A stretch of 64,000 nucleotides of DNA from a virus (taxonomy: Duplodnaviria > Caudoviricetes): IMG/VR virus record IMGVR_UViG_3300044645_001661, one strand, 5' to 3'. The notes beneath the pieces were generated by a model that worked only from the letters and a program-made list of their open reading frames with translations, did no database searches and was not told the DNA's origin. This document shows positions 19,106 through 27,717 of this stretch, piece after piece; within the stretch, counting starts at the first letter, position 1; every line of letters begins with the position of its first letter. Made by a program: the position numbers and the translations under genes.

Positions 19106-19362
19106 TCGGAAGGACTGGAAATGTCTGGGACTTCCTCTAAATCCTAACTTTTGTTAGGTCGGGGACTTGATCGCCCCCGTTCGTAACAGAAAACGCTGGA
19201 CAAACTTTGGAGGTATAAACCCTTGCAAGGTCTCCCACCCCATTTGGGTGCCTTCCTGAGAACAGGAAAAATAAGGTTTGGTGTTTTCTTTTATCACTGC
19301 CCTCTAATGCAGTGAAAATCGCAGAAAGTGTCTTCTGCGGGTGGTGGTCACTCACTACCCAT
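19106..19362 (+). ncRNA. Candidate large structured phage ncRNA
   Basis: At least eight consecutive hairpins in a GC-rich stretch with no credible ORF, directly after tRNA-Asn. Confidence 0.6.
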
Positions 19363-19515
19363 TAACCTCTGGTATTCTATTGCTAAGGATATAGGTGTCA
19401 TAATGATTAATATTTTTAAAAAAGTTTATTTGAAGATAAAAGAATATATTGACTTTAAAAAAGTCTCTAAAAAATGTAAGGAAGAGGATCCATACATTTA
19501 TAAATAAAACTAAAA

Positions 19516-20298
19516 ATGTCTAATAACATATTAATTACATTTGGATGTAGTTGGACTTTTGGTGAAGGGTCTGGTTATGTTGATGGAATGAGTGAAGTTG
19601 AATATAAAAAAATTCAACATGATCCAAAAATATGTTACGAAAACTCTTGGAGAAAAGTATTAGTAGACCATTATAATTTAGTTCATATAAATTTTTCTGT
19701 CTCTGGAAGTAGTAATCAAAGACAATTTAAAACTGCTAGAGAATATTTCGTAACTGAGAAATGGAAAAAATTAATTAATAATCCTAAAAACAATGTGGTT
19801 GTTTTATGGGGAATTACTAGTACTTATAGAAATTATTTTTGGTGTAAAGATACTAGAAGATATGAAAATATTTTTTATAATTTAAAAGGAGATAAAATAG
19901 AATATAATAATTATCAAGATAAATTAGCAGAAGCAATGCTAAAGTGGTCTTATAACAGAGAAGTTGAAGTTGAAGTAATAAAAAACGAAATTTTGTTTTT
20001 TAATCATTATTTTAATCTAGTTGGAGTTAAAAACCTTTGGTTTGATACCTTTAATTTTATTAATTATGGAGAAAAATTTAATAATTTTTTAGATGAATCT
20101 TTAGAACAGAGAGATTTATTATCAATGCTTTGTTATGAACATGCTAGAAAATCTAATATTAAACTAATATTAGATAATAATTTTAAATATGCTGAAGAAA
20201 GTGGACTAATAAATTCTTTTAGTTATCATCCTAAAAAAGATCAGTATAAAATTATTGGTGAGTATTTTATTAGGAAACTTAAAAAATACTTTAAATAA
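19516..20298 (+). CDS. SGNH/GDSL-hydrolase-like protein
   Basis: ITFGCSWTFGEG (block I-like), NFSVSGSSN (block II-like), C-terminal YHP. Confidence 0.55.
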   Translation: MSNNILITFGCSWTFGEGSGYVDGMSEVEYKKIQHDPKICYENSWRKVLVDHYNLVHINFSVSGSSNQRQFKTAREYFVTEKWKKLINNPKNNVVVLWGITSTYRNYFWCKDTRRYENIFYNLKGDKIEYNNYQDKLAEAMLKWSYNREVEVEVIKNEILFFNHYFNLVGVKNLWFDTFNFINYGEKFNNFLDESLEQRDLLSMLCYEHARKSNIKLILDNNFKYAEESGLINSFSYHPKKDQYKIIGEYFIRKLKKYFK

Positions 20299-20348
20299 AC
20301 CAATAAATAGTTGACAAAATAATTTGTCTCTGTTAAAATAAAATCATC

Positions 20349-20420
20349 GGGCGATTAACTCAGCGGTAGAGTGGCCTCCTTACAAGTGGTAAGTCACTGG
20401 TTCGATTCCAGTATCGCCCA
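20349..20420 (+). tRNA. trnV: tRNA-Val(TAC)
   Basis: GGGCGAT/ATCGCCC; loop CTTACAA; one T-T mismatch in the anticodon stem. Confidence 0.9.
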
Positions 20421-20445
20421 TTATCAAATAGTACATATATAAATT

Positions 20446-20622
20446 ATGAAAGATAAAAAATTCAAAAAATTAATTCAAAAACCTTTAAGATTTCATCATC
20501 AAGATATCCATGAAGAACTTGATAGTATTAAATTATCATTAGCAGATATTAGGAGATTAATGGAAAATGTTAGTAGTGAGATGCAAAGATTGCAACAAAG
20601 AGTTGACAAGTCATCCATCTAA
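20446..20622 (+). CDS. Small hypothetical protein (58 aa)
   Basis: MKDKKFKKLIQKPLRFHHQDIHEEL...; read manually. Confidence 0.5.
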   Translation: MKDKKFKKLIQKPLRFHHQDIHEELDSIKLSLADIRRLMENVSSEMQRLQQRVDKSSI

Positions 20623-20824
20623 AACTCAGTGTTGTGGATGTTCTAATATGATGACTGTCTGTGCTGATAACATATCAGCCATTGATTTAACTAAAGTAAT
20701 TATTATTAATTCAAATAATAAAAAACCTCATAAAAAAACAAGTTTATTTTCTCCAGAAGAACTTGAGTATCAAGAATCTAGAAGAAAAAGAAAAGTTCGC
20801 AAATTAGATTTTGAAATACGTTAA
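20567..20824 (+). CDS. Small Cys-rich (zinc-ribbon-like) protein
   Basis: CKDC...CCGC. Confidence 0.65.
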   Translation: MLVVRCKDCNKELTSHPSKTQCCGCSNMMTVCADNISAIDLTKVIIINSNNKKPHKKTSLFSPEELEYQESRRKRKVRKLDFEIR

Positions 20825-20864
20825 ATCTTAACTAAATAAGAAAATAAAGTTTTCTTATTAACTT

Positions 20865-20951
20865 GGAAGGGCAATCCGATTGGCGACGGAACCTGTCTTG
20901 AAAACAGTTGAGGTGTTAAAGCCCTTGGGGGTTCGACTCCCCCTCCTTCCG
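20865..20951 (+). tRNA. trnS: tRNA-Ser(TGA)
   Basis: GGAAGGG/TCCTTCC; loop CTTGAAA; long variable arm. Confidence 0.92.
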
Positions 20952-21050
20952 TTTAACAATTTTTTAATTTGTGTTATAAAATGAACACAATACATTGACG
21001 TTTAAAAATTAAAAACTATTATATAGTAGTACAACTACTTATAAACCCCA

Positions 21051-21206
21051 ATGGATGATCATACTTACCAAAATTGGGTGAAGATTAAAGAAACCTTTGA
21101 GTCTTCTGGTAATACAAATAACATGTTTTATCGTAGGGCCTGTGAAATAGTAAAAACTAAAAGAGACCCTTTAGCAAAGTTTTTTGGTGATACTAATAAT
21201 GGATAA
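21051..21206 (+). CDS. Small cyanophage hypothetical protein (51 aa)
   Basis: MDDHTYQNWVKIKETFESSGNTNNMFYRRAC...RDPL; read manually. Confidence 0.65.
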   Translation: MDDHTYQNWVKIKETFESSGNTNNMFYRRACEIVKTKRDPLAKFFGDTNNG

Positions 21207-21285
21207 AACAATTATATCTGCAATAATAATTTTTACATTAATTGGTTTATTCATCAGATGGGGACTTACAAACGCATATGCGTAA
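21199..21285 (+). CDS. Small membrane peptide (28 aa)
   Basis: MDKTIISAIIIFTLIGLFIRWGLTNAYA. Confidence 0.45.
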   Translation: MDKTIISAIIIFTLIGLFIRWGLTNAYA

Positions 21286-21312
21286 GTAAAGATAATTTAA
21301 ATGGAGAGAAAG

Positions 21313-21429
21313 ATGATTTTTCATATTGTAGAGACTCTTGCAGCGAGTCCAGTTTGGTTGTTCTTTTGCGGTTTTGGCTTGACAGTTGTTCCTTTTATGG
21401 GTATAATGATTATACACCGAGATAAATAA
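21313..21429 (+). CDS. Small membrane peptide (38 aa)
   Basis: GGAG SD; MIFHIVETLAASPVWLFFCGFGLTVVPFMGIMIIHRDK. Confidence 0.55.
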   Translation: MIFHIVETLAASPVWLFFCGFGLTVVPFMGIMIIHRDK

Positions 21430-21437
21430 TCTCATTA

Positions 21438-21511
21438 CGGGGTGTAGCTCAGTTTGGTAGAGCACTCGCTTTGGGAGCGAGATGTCGCAGGTTCGAATCC
21501 TGTCACCCCGA
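21438..21511 (+). tRNA. trnP: tRNA-Pro(TGG)
   Basis: CGGGGTG/CACCCCG; CTCGC-TTTGGGA-GCGAG. Confidence 0.95.
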
Positions 21512-21718
21512 TTAGTAAAATCTATGTAATTTTACTATTTAAAATTTTAGTTAATGATTTTTTATTAAATGGAATCGAAACAAGAAATTTCTAAAACTGA
21601 AACCATAGATTTTACTAATGAATCAAGTAGAGATGCATCAGAGACTGATATCAAAGAGTTGATAGAGGTCTTGACAAACCACAACGATGCATGTTAAATT
21701 TGATTTGTTGAAACACGA

Positions 21719-21793
21719 GGGACTGTCGCCTATTGGTTAAGGCCCACTGCTTATAACGGTGTGAACTGAGTTCAATTCTCAGCAGTCCTACCA
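21719..21793 (+). tRNA. trnI: tRNA-Ile(TAT), copy 1 (CCA encoded)
   Basis: GGGACTG/CAGTCCT-ACCA; CACTG-CTTATAA-CGGTG. Confidence 0.85.
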
Positions 21794-21794
21794 A

Positions 21795-21866
21795 GGGAGT
21801 ATAGCTTAATGGTTAGAGCGGGCTCCTTATAAGGGCTTAGTCTGGGTTCAACTCCCAGTATTCCCA
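21795..21866 (+). tRNA. trnI: tRNA-Ile(TAT), copy 2
   Basis: GGGAGTA/TATTCCC; GGCTC-CTTATAA-GGGCT. Confidence 0.85.
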
Positions 21867-21896
21867 CTCACTATTCGCTATTTGCGAATAGCAAAT

Positions 21897-21969
21897 GCTG
21901 GTTTAGCAATCTGGCGAATGCAATCGACTCATAATCGATGGGAGGCGAGTTCGATCCTCGCAACCAGCA
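21897..21969 (+). tRNA. trnM: tRNA-Met/Ile2(CAT), non-initiator
   Basis: GCTGGTT/AACCAGC; ATCGA-CTCATAA-TCGAT; lacks the initiator GGG/CCC pairs and C1:A72. Confidence 0.9.
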
Positions 21970-21994
21970 TGGGACAGAATCTACACTGTCCATC

Positions 21995-22023
21995 TTGACT
22001 TCTTCAAGTCAACCCTTTATAAT
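21995..22023 (+). promoter_or_regulatory. Sigma70-type promoter
   Basis: TTGACT-17 nt-TATAAT. Confidence 0.75.
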
Positions 22024-22045
22024 ACTAAGGTCAACATTCAAAACA

Positions 22046-22261
22046 ATGACTCTTACAACTAAATTCAAGAAAGACATTCAAACTCTTCGCGGTGCCGCAA
22101 ATGGTGATTTTTACCTCGATGTAAAGAATCCGAAACTTTACAAAAAAGTTCGTAGGTATTATGAAAGCGAAGGTGTAGTGTTCTCTGGTGATCCTTTGGA
22201 TGATTATGAAATGCTTATGGAATATCTCTATCAAGATCTTGAAACTGTAGAAGTTGCATAG
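22046..22261 (+). CDS. Conserved cyanophage hypothetical protein
   Basis: MTLTTKFKKDIQTL...YLDVKNPKLYKKVRRYYESEGVVFSGDPLDDY; start set at the ATG after the promoter. Confidence 0.75.
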   Translation: MTLTTKFKKDIQTLRGAANGDFYLDVKNPKLYKKVRRYYESEGVVFSGDPLDDYEMLMEYLYQDLETVEVA

Positions 22262-22304
22262 TCATGGAGAGACTTTAAAAACCCTGGTCGGGAGCAACCC
22301 CTTT

Positions 22305-22538
22305 ATGGATAAAAAAACAATACTTAGGTATTTTGGTAATGCACTCCTCATAATTGGATATTATATTCTTTTGTGGGGAGATGAAAAAATTGGATTAATT
22401 ATTAAATTTTTTGCAGGAATTCTGTTACTTCCTTCATTTGTTTATTTTAAAATGTGGGATTCGGTAACAATATGTGGATTTTATGCTTTTATTGAAATTA
22501 CTAGATTAATCCATCTTTTCGCCACGGATGGGCGTTAA
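22305..22538 (+). CDS. Small membrane protein
   Basis: Three hydrophobic segments; ATG at 22305. Confidence 0.55.
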   Translation: MDKKTILRYFGNALLIIGYYILLWGDEKIGLIIKFFAGILLLPSFVYFKMWDSVTICGFYAFIEITRLIHLFATDGR

Positions 22539-22567
22539 CAGTACTGGTGGAGTCAAATGACCCTCAT

Positions 22568-22666
22568 TTTGGTTTCTTGCTTTTCCATTAAAAAGCAAGT
22601 GGTGCGGATGGGACTCTCTCCCGCCTGGTTTCTTGCCTCCAGTCAAAGGGCAAGTGGCGAGCCTGA
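22568..22666 (+). ncRNA. wcaG-like cis-regulatory RNA (tandem hairpins)
   Basis: Two copies of TGGTTTCTTGC...GCAAG-TGGYG; from recall, two UGGYG motifs characterise the cyanophage wcaG motif, and gmd/fcl lie downstream; needs an Rfam scan (could be manA-related). Confidence 0.6.
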
Positions 22667-22734
22667 ATTTACTAAGATGGGTAACTCCCATCTTTTTTTA
22701 TGCTATAAAATAAATACATTTTTTAATTCTTATC

Positions 22735-23547
22735 ATGGTAGAAGTATCTCACTTAGAATGGCACATAACACATTCATGTAATTTTATGTGTCAGGGGTGT
22801 GGACATTTTACTAACGATGGGTATAATGAACATATATCAATTAATGACCTAAAAGAATGGTATTCTCTTTGGAAAGATAAAATAAAACCCAAAGAATTAT
22901 CAATACTTGGTGGAGAACCTTTATTGCATAAAGATTTAATTGATATAATCTACATGACAAAAGAGGAGTGGAATATTCAAGAAGATCAATATTATGAGAT
23001 AGTTACTAATGGTGTTTTAATTGATAGGCATCCAGAATTACCAAAAGCTTTGTATGATACCAATTGTGTACTGACAATATCGATGCATTCTTATGATAAA
23101 GAATATCTAAAAGTATTTTTAAAATCTTTATCTAAAATAAATGAATGGATTGAATTGTATGGTATTAATGTAGTATTAAATGATTCTGCTAATCATTGGA
23201 TAAAAACTTATCATGGTAATGGTAAAAATATACTTCCATTTGAAGATAATGATCCACAAATGAGTTGGAATAGATGCCCTTCGGGACAACAAAATTTTCA
23301 ACTATATGCTGGGGAAATATATAAATGTTCACCACTTGCATATCTACAACTTAAAAAAAGAAAATATAAAGATCAACTGTCACCAAAATGGAATCCATAT
23401 TTAAAATATATCCCATTATCTTCAAATTCTACAGAAAAAGAAATATATGAATTTTTTAATAGAGGTTCGGAATCTGTGTGTGGAATGTGCCCCAAAAATC
23501 CACAAAAATTTATAAAAACAAATCCATTAAAAAGACCTATTGACTAA
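22735..23547 (+). CDS. Radical SAM protein
   Basis: CNFMCQGC (CxxxCxxC), LGGEPLLH, VTNG, C-terminal Cys (YKC...CGMCP). Confidence 0.85.
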   Translation: MVEVSHLEWHITHSCNFMCQGCGHFTNDGYNEHISINDLKEWYSLWKDKIKPKELSILGGEPLLHKDLIDIIYMTKEEWNIQEDQYYEIVTNGVLIDRHPELPKALYDTNCVLTISMHSYDKEYLKVFLKSLSKINEWIELYGINVVLNDSANHWIKTYHGNGKNILPFEDNDPQMSWNRCPSGQQNFQLYAGEIYKCSPLAYLQLKKRKYKDQLSPKWNPYLKYIPLSSNSTEKEIYEFFNRGSESVCGMCPKNPQKFIKTNPLKRPID

Positions 23548-23592
23548 ATTTTATTCCAGTGATAGATTATAATTCGTATTGTATTTTGTTAC

Positions 23593-24594
23593 ATGAAAGT
23601 AGCCCTTATTACTGGAATAACAGGACAAGATGGGTCTTATCTTGCAGAACTACTTCTATCTAAAGGATATGAAGTTCATGGAATCGTTCGTAGAAGTTCA
23701 TTAATTAACACGCATAGAATTGATCATATTTTTGATAGAATTAAATTGCATTATGGTGATTTAACTGATAGTGCTAATATCGTTAAAGTTATTCAGACAG
23801 TTCAACCAGATGAAATTTATAATCTGGGGGCTCAAAGTCATGTAAAAGTATCTTTTGAACTTCCAGAATATACTGCAATGGTTGATGGTCTTGGAACCCT
23901 TAGAGTTCTTGAAGCAGTGAGAATTCTTGGAATGGAAGAAAAAACAAGAATTTATCAAGCATCAACATCTGAATTATACGGTCTTGTTCAGGAAGTACCT
24001 CAAAAAGAAACAACCCCTTTTTATCCTCGTTCACCTTATGGAGTCGCTAAACTTTATGGATACTGGATTATTAAAAACTACAGAGAATCGTATGGATTAC
24101 ACGCAAGTTCTGGAATTCTTTTCAATCATGAATCCCCTCGCAGAGGAGAAACTTTTGTCACAAGAAAAATCACTCGCGGATTATCACGCATTTCAACTGG
24201 GGAACAGGACGTATTATATCTCGGAAATTTGAATGCAAAACGTGATTGGGGACATGCAAAAGATTTTGTTGAAGCAATGTGGTTAATGCTTCAACAAGAT
24301 GAACCTGATGATTATGTGATTGCTACTGGAGAACAGTATTCGGTTAAAGCATTTGTTGAAACCGCAGCACCTTATTTTGGGATGAAAATTGCTTGGGAAG
24401 GTGAAGGTCTAAACGAAGTTGGTATCGATAAACTTACTAAAAAAGTAATAGTTAAAGTCGATCCAAAATATTTCCGACCTGCTGAAGTTGAATCTTTATT
24501 GGGAGATCCAACAAAAGCAAAACAAAAGTTGGGATGGGAACCAAAAATTACATTTGAACAATTAGTAGAGGACATGTGTGTTTATGGACAGTAA
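23593..24594 (+). CDS. gmd: GDP-mannose 4,6-dehydratase
   Basis: [41 protein letters not shown]. Confidence 0.97.
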   Translation: MKVALITGITGQDGSYLAELLLSKGYEVHGIVRRSSLINTHRIDHIFDRIKLHYGDLTDSANIVKVIQTVQPDEIYNLGAQSHVKVSFELPEYTAMVDGLGTLRVLEAVRILGMEEKTRIYQASTSELYGLVQEVPQKETTPFYPRSPYGVAKLYGYWIIKNYRESYGLHASSGILFNHESPRRGETFVTRKITRGLSRISTGEQDVLYLGNLNAKRDWGHAKDFVEAMWLMLQQDEPDDYVIATGEQYSVKAFVETAAPYFGMKIAWEGEGLNEVGIDKLTKKVIVKVDPKYFRPAEVESLLGDPTKAKQKLGWEPKITFEQLVEDMCVYGQ

Positions 24595-25513
24595 TTCTAA
24601 AATCTTTGTTGCAGGTCATAATGGATTAGTTGGATCTGCAATTGTAAGAAATTTAAAATTAAAAGGATACAGTAATATTATTACTGCTGATAAAAAAAAT
24701 TTAGATCTTACTGATCAATCTCAAGTTAATTTATTTTTTATTGACAATAAACCAGAATACGTATTTCTTGCCGCTGCAAAGGTTGGAGGAATTGTTGCTA
24801 ATAGAGATTATCCAGCAGATTTTATCCGAGATAATCTTTTAATTCAAGCAAATGTAATTGATTTTTCTTACCGATGTGGGGTAAAAAAATTAGTCTTTTT
24901 GGGATCATCGTGCATATATCCCAAGCATCCAGTTATCCCTATTACTGAAGATCAACTTCTTACTGGTCCGTTAGAACCTACAAATGATGCCTATGCAATT
25001 GCAAAAATTGCGGGAATTAAAATGTGTCAAGCATATCGTCAACAATATGGATTTAATGCAATTTCTTTAATGCCTACTAATTTGTATGGTCCTAATGACA
25101 ATTTTAATCCAGAAACAAGTCATGTTATTCCAGGTATAATGGGTAGGGTTCATCAAGCAAAAATTAATAATGATCCTTTTATAGAATGCTGGGGTGATGG
25201 ATCTGCATTGAGAGAATTTTTGTTTATTGATGATTTTGCAGAAGCATGTTATACTTGCATGATTAAATATAATAGTCCCGAAATTATTAATGTTGGTAGT
25301 GGTAAAGATATTACAATTAAACAACTAACAGAATTAATTTGTAATGTTTTAGAATATAATGGCGAAATTAGATGGGATATATCTAAACCAAATGGAACTC
25401 CAAGAAAAGTGATGAATGTTGATAAAATAAAATCACTTGGATGGGATACTAAAATTGGAATTAGACAAGGATTATATGAAACATACGAGTGGTTTAAAAA
25501 CAAATGTCAATGA
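24584..25513 (+). CDS. fcl: GDP-L-fucose synthase
   Basis: [51 protein letters not shown]. Confidence 0.95.
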   Translation: MDSNSKIFVAGHNGLVGSAIVRNLKLKGYSNIITADKKNLDLTDQSQVNLFFIDNKPEYVFLAAAKVGGIVANRDYPADFIRDNLLIQANVIDFSYRCGVKKLVFLGSSCIYPKHPVIPITEDQLLTGPLEPTNDAYAIAKIAGIKMCQAYRQQYGFNAISLMPTNLYGPNDNFNPETSHVIPGIMGRVHQAKINNDPFIECWGDGSALREFLFIDDFAEACYTCMIKYNSPEIINVGSGKDITIKQLTELICNVLEYNGEIRWDISKPNGTPRKVMNVDKIKSLGWDTKIGIRQGLYETYEWFKNKCQ

Positions 25514-26301
25514 TTGGATTTAACTCTTTAGGAAAACTGGGTAGACTTGGAAATCAAATGTTCCAACTTGCATCATTAAAAGGAATTGCAAGAAAAAATA
25601 ATTATAATTATTGTCTTCCACCATCTACAAATAATAATGAATGGGAAGATCATCAACTATTTTTACCTTTCAAACTTCATAATGTAATGTTATTGAATAT
25701 TCAATATTTGGATGGTAGGAGGCCTACTATTGTAGAAGAAGATTTTACCTTTAATGAAGAATTATATGAAAATTGCCCTAAATGGGTAAACATTCAGGGA
25801 TATTTACAATCTGAAAAATATTTTAAAGATATTGAAAATGAGATCAGAGAAGATTTTGAATTTCATGATCATATCTTTAATCCTGCAAAAGAAATGATAG
25901 AGACTATTGATGAACCAATTTCTCTTCATGTTAGGAGAACTGATTATCTCACCTTGAGTCATAATCACAATAATTTAAATCTTGATTATTATGAAAATGC
26001 ATTAGATAATTTTGATAAAGATAGGAATGTAATTATTTTTTCTGATGATCCAAAGTGGTGTAAAGAACAAAAGTTATTTGAAGATGATAGATTTTTGGTA
26101 TCTGAAAATAATAGTAATTATACTGATCTTTGCTTAATGTCTTTATGTAAAGAGCATATTATTGCAAATTCCTCATTCTCGTGGTGGGGAGCATGGTTGG
26201 CAAAAAGTAAAAAAGTTATTGCACCTAAAAAATGGTTTGGTCCTGATAATCAACACCTAGATACTAAAGATCTTTATTGTACCGATTGGATTGTAATTTG
26301 A
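25510..26301 (+). CDS. Alpha-1,2-fucosyltransferase (GT11)
   Basis: GRLGNQMFQ, GYLQSEKYF, HVRRTDY, IANSSFSWWGAWL. Confidence 0.9.
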   Translation: MIGFNSLGKLGRLGNQMFQLASLKGIARKNNYNYCLPPSTNNNEWEDHQLFLPFKLHNVMLLNIQYLDGRRPTIVEEDFTFNEELYENCPKWVNIQGYLQSEKYFKDIENEIREDFEFHDHIFNPAKEMIETIDEPISLHVRRTDYLTLSHNHNNLNLDYYENALDNFDKDRNVIIFSDDPKWCKEQKLFEDDRFLVSENNSNYTDLCLMSLCKEHIIANSSFSWWGAWLAKSKKVIAPKKWFGPDNQHLDTKDLYCTDWIVI

Positions 26302-27020
26302 TGAAAGTCGCTGTTATTTTTATTGGAACTGAAAAATATTTAAATTTTCTTCCTTCTTGGTATCAAAGTTGTGAAGAGTTTTTACTACCAGATGTTGAAA
26401 AAAAGTATATAATTTTCACAGACGGTGAGGTTCCTGAATCGCCAGATAATGCTATCGTATATCATCAAGAACATTTAGAATGGCCTTATATTACACTGTA
26501 TCGTTTTAAAATGATTCAGAAGTGTTTTAAAGATATTCAAGATTGTGATTGGTTGCTATTTTTAGATGCTGATATGCGAGTCGTGGATACTGTTAATCCA
26601 GAAGATTTATTTGATGAATCTAAAAAATATATTGGAGTCCATCATCCATGTCATTATTTGAATATGCCCCCACATGATGAACTCCCTGGAGCATTTGATG
26701 TTACTCCTTTGTCTAATGCATGTGTTTCCGAATCTGATGATCTATCAGTTTATTTTCAGGGATGTTTATGGGGTGGTAAACTCCCACATGTTTTTGATAT
26801 GATTCAAGAACTTGATTGTAAAACAACAGAAGATGAGAAAAATAATATTATTGCTACTTGGCACGATGAAAGTCATTTAAATAAATTTTATATCGAACAT
26901 CGTGATGAGGTATTTGTTGCATCACCGAGTCTTGCTTATCCTGAGGTATTTGCTAAAGCATGTACCTTTGAACCAAAAATTGTCCATCTAGCAAAAGATA
27001 ATAGTAAATATCATGTCTAA
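26301..27020 (+). CDS. Family 6 glycosyltransferase (ABO/alpha-1,3-Gal(NAc)T-like)
   Basis: IFIGTEKY, FLDADM, HPCHY, YFQGCLWGG, WHDESHLNK. Confidence 0.85.
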   Translation: MKVAVIFIGTEKYLNFLPSWYQSCEEFLLPDVEKKYIIFTDGEVPESPDNAIVYHQEHLEWPYITLYRFKMIQKCFKDIQDCDWLLFLDADMRVVDTVNPEDLFDESKKYIGVHHPCHYLNMPPHDELPGAFDVTPLSNACVSESDDLSVYFQGCLWGGKLPHVFDMIQELDCKTTEDEKNNIIATWHDESHLNKFYIEHRDEVFVASPSLAYPEVFAKACTFEPKIVHLAKDNSKYHV

Positions 27021-27717
27021 AATTGCACTGTTATATTCAGGTCAACCAAGGCACCTGAAAGAATGTTATGAGAATCATCGTCAGACTTTTTGGGATGCAA
27101 ATCCCGATTGTGAGATTGATGTGTTTGCTCATATTTGGTATGATGAAGCATGGGTTGGAACTTATTTTTGGGATCAATATAAAGATCGTGGACGTTGGGA
27201 AGCAGATCTTAAAGAGTTCATGATTGATAAATGGCAACCTAAAGGACTTGTCTTTGAAGAACCAAAAGAATTTGAAGCAGAAGATATTCATCCAGATCCT
27301 AGATTTCCTCACCCAGTTAATAACATCATCTCAATGTTTTATAGTTTGAGTGAAGCAAATAACCTCAAGAAAAAATATGAGGAAGAAAATAACTTCAAAT
27401 ATGATTGTGTTATTCGTCTAAGAACTGATGAATATTTTAATACTTCTATCGGTCCTATTTCAAATTATGATTTAAATACCGTGAATATACTCAATGAGTG
27501 GGCACATGTTGATCATGGTATTAACGATCATTTTGCATTTGGATCATCTGAATTGATGGATAAATATCTTGACGTATTTGACAATTTTGTTAAAATATGT
27601 GAAATGGGTGCGGAAATTAATCCAGAATGCCTTATTGGGTTTAATGCACAAAAAAGGCATAATCTTCCCATCAATAAAAATAACTGGAACTATGTACTTT
27701 GGAGAGACAAAAAATAA
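27013..27717 (+). CDS. Putative glycosyltransferase-like protein
   Basis: IALLYSGQPR...YDCVIRLRTD...NDHFAFG; paralog of 29093. Confidence 0.6.
   Translation: MSKIALLYSGQPRHLKECYENHRQTFWDANPDCEIDVFAHIWYDEAWVGTYFWDQYKDRGRWEADLKEFMIDKWQPKGLVFEEPKEFEAEDIHPDPRFPHPVNNIISMFYSLSEANNLKKKYEEENNFKYDCVIRLRTDEYFNTSIGPISNYDLNTVNILNEWAHVDHGINDHFAFGSSELMDKYLDVFDNFVKICEMGAEINPECLIGFNAQKRHNLPINKNNWNYVLWRDKK

Noticed and set aside
18753-19355. ORF-track ORFs over the tRNA cluster (18753, 18949, 19137)
   Set aside because: They overlap tRNA genes and structured RNA and are not protein-like
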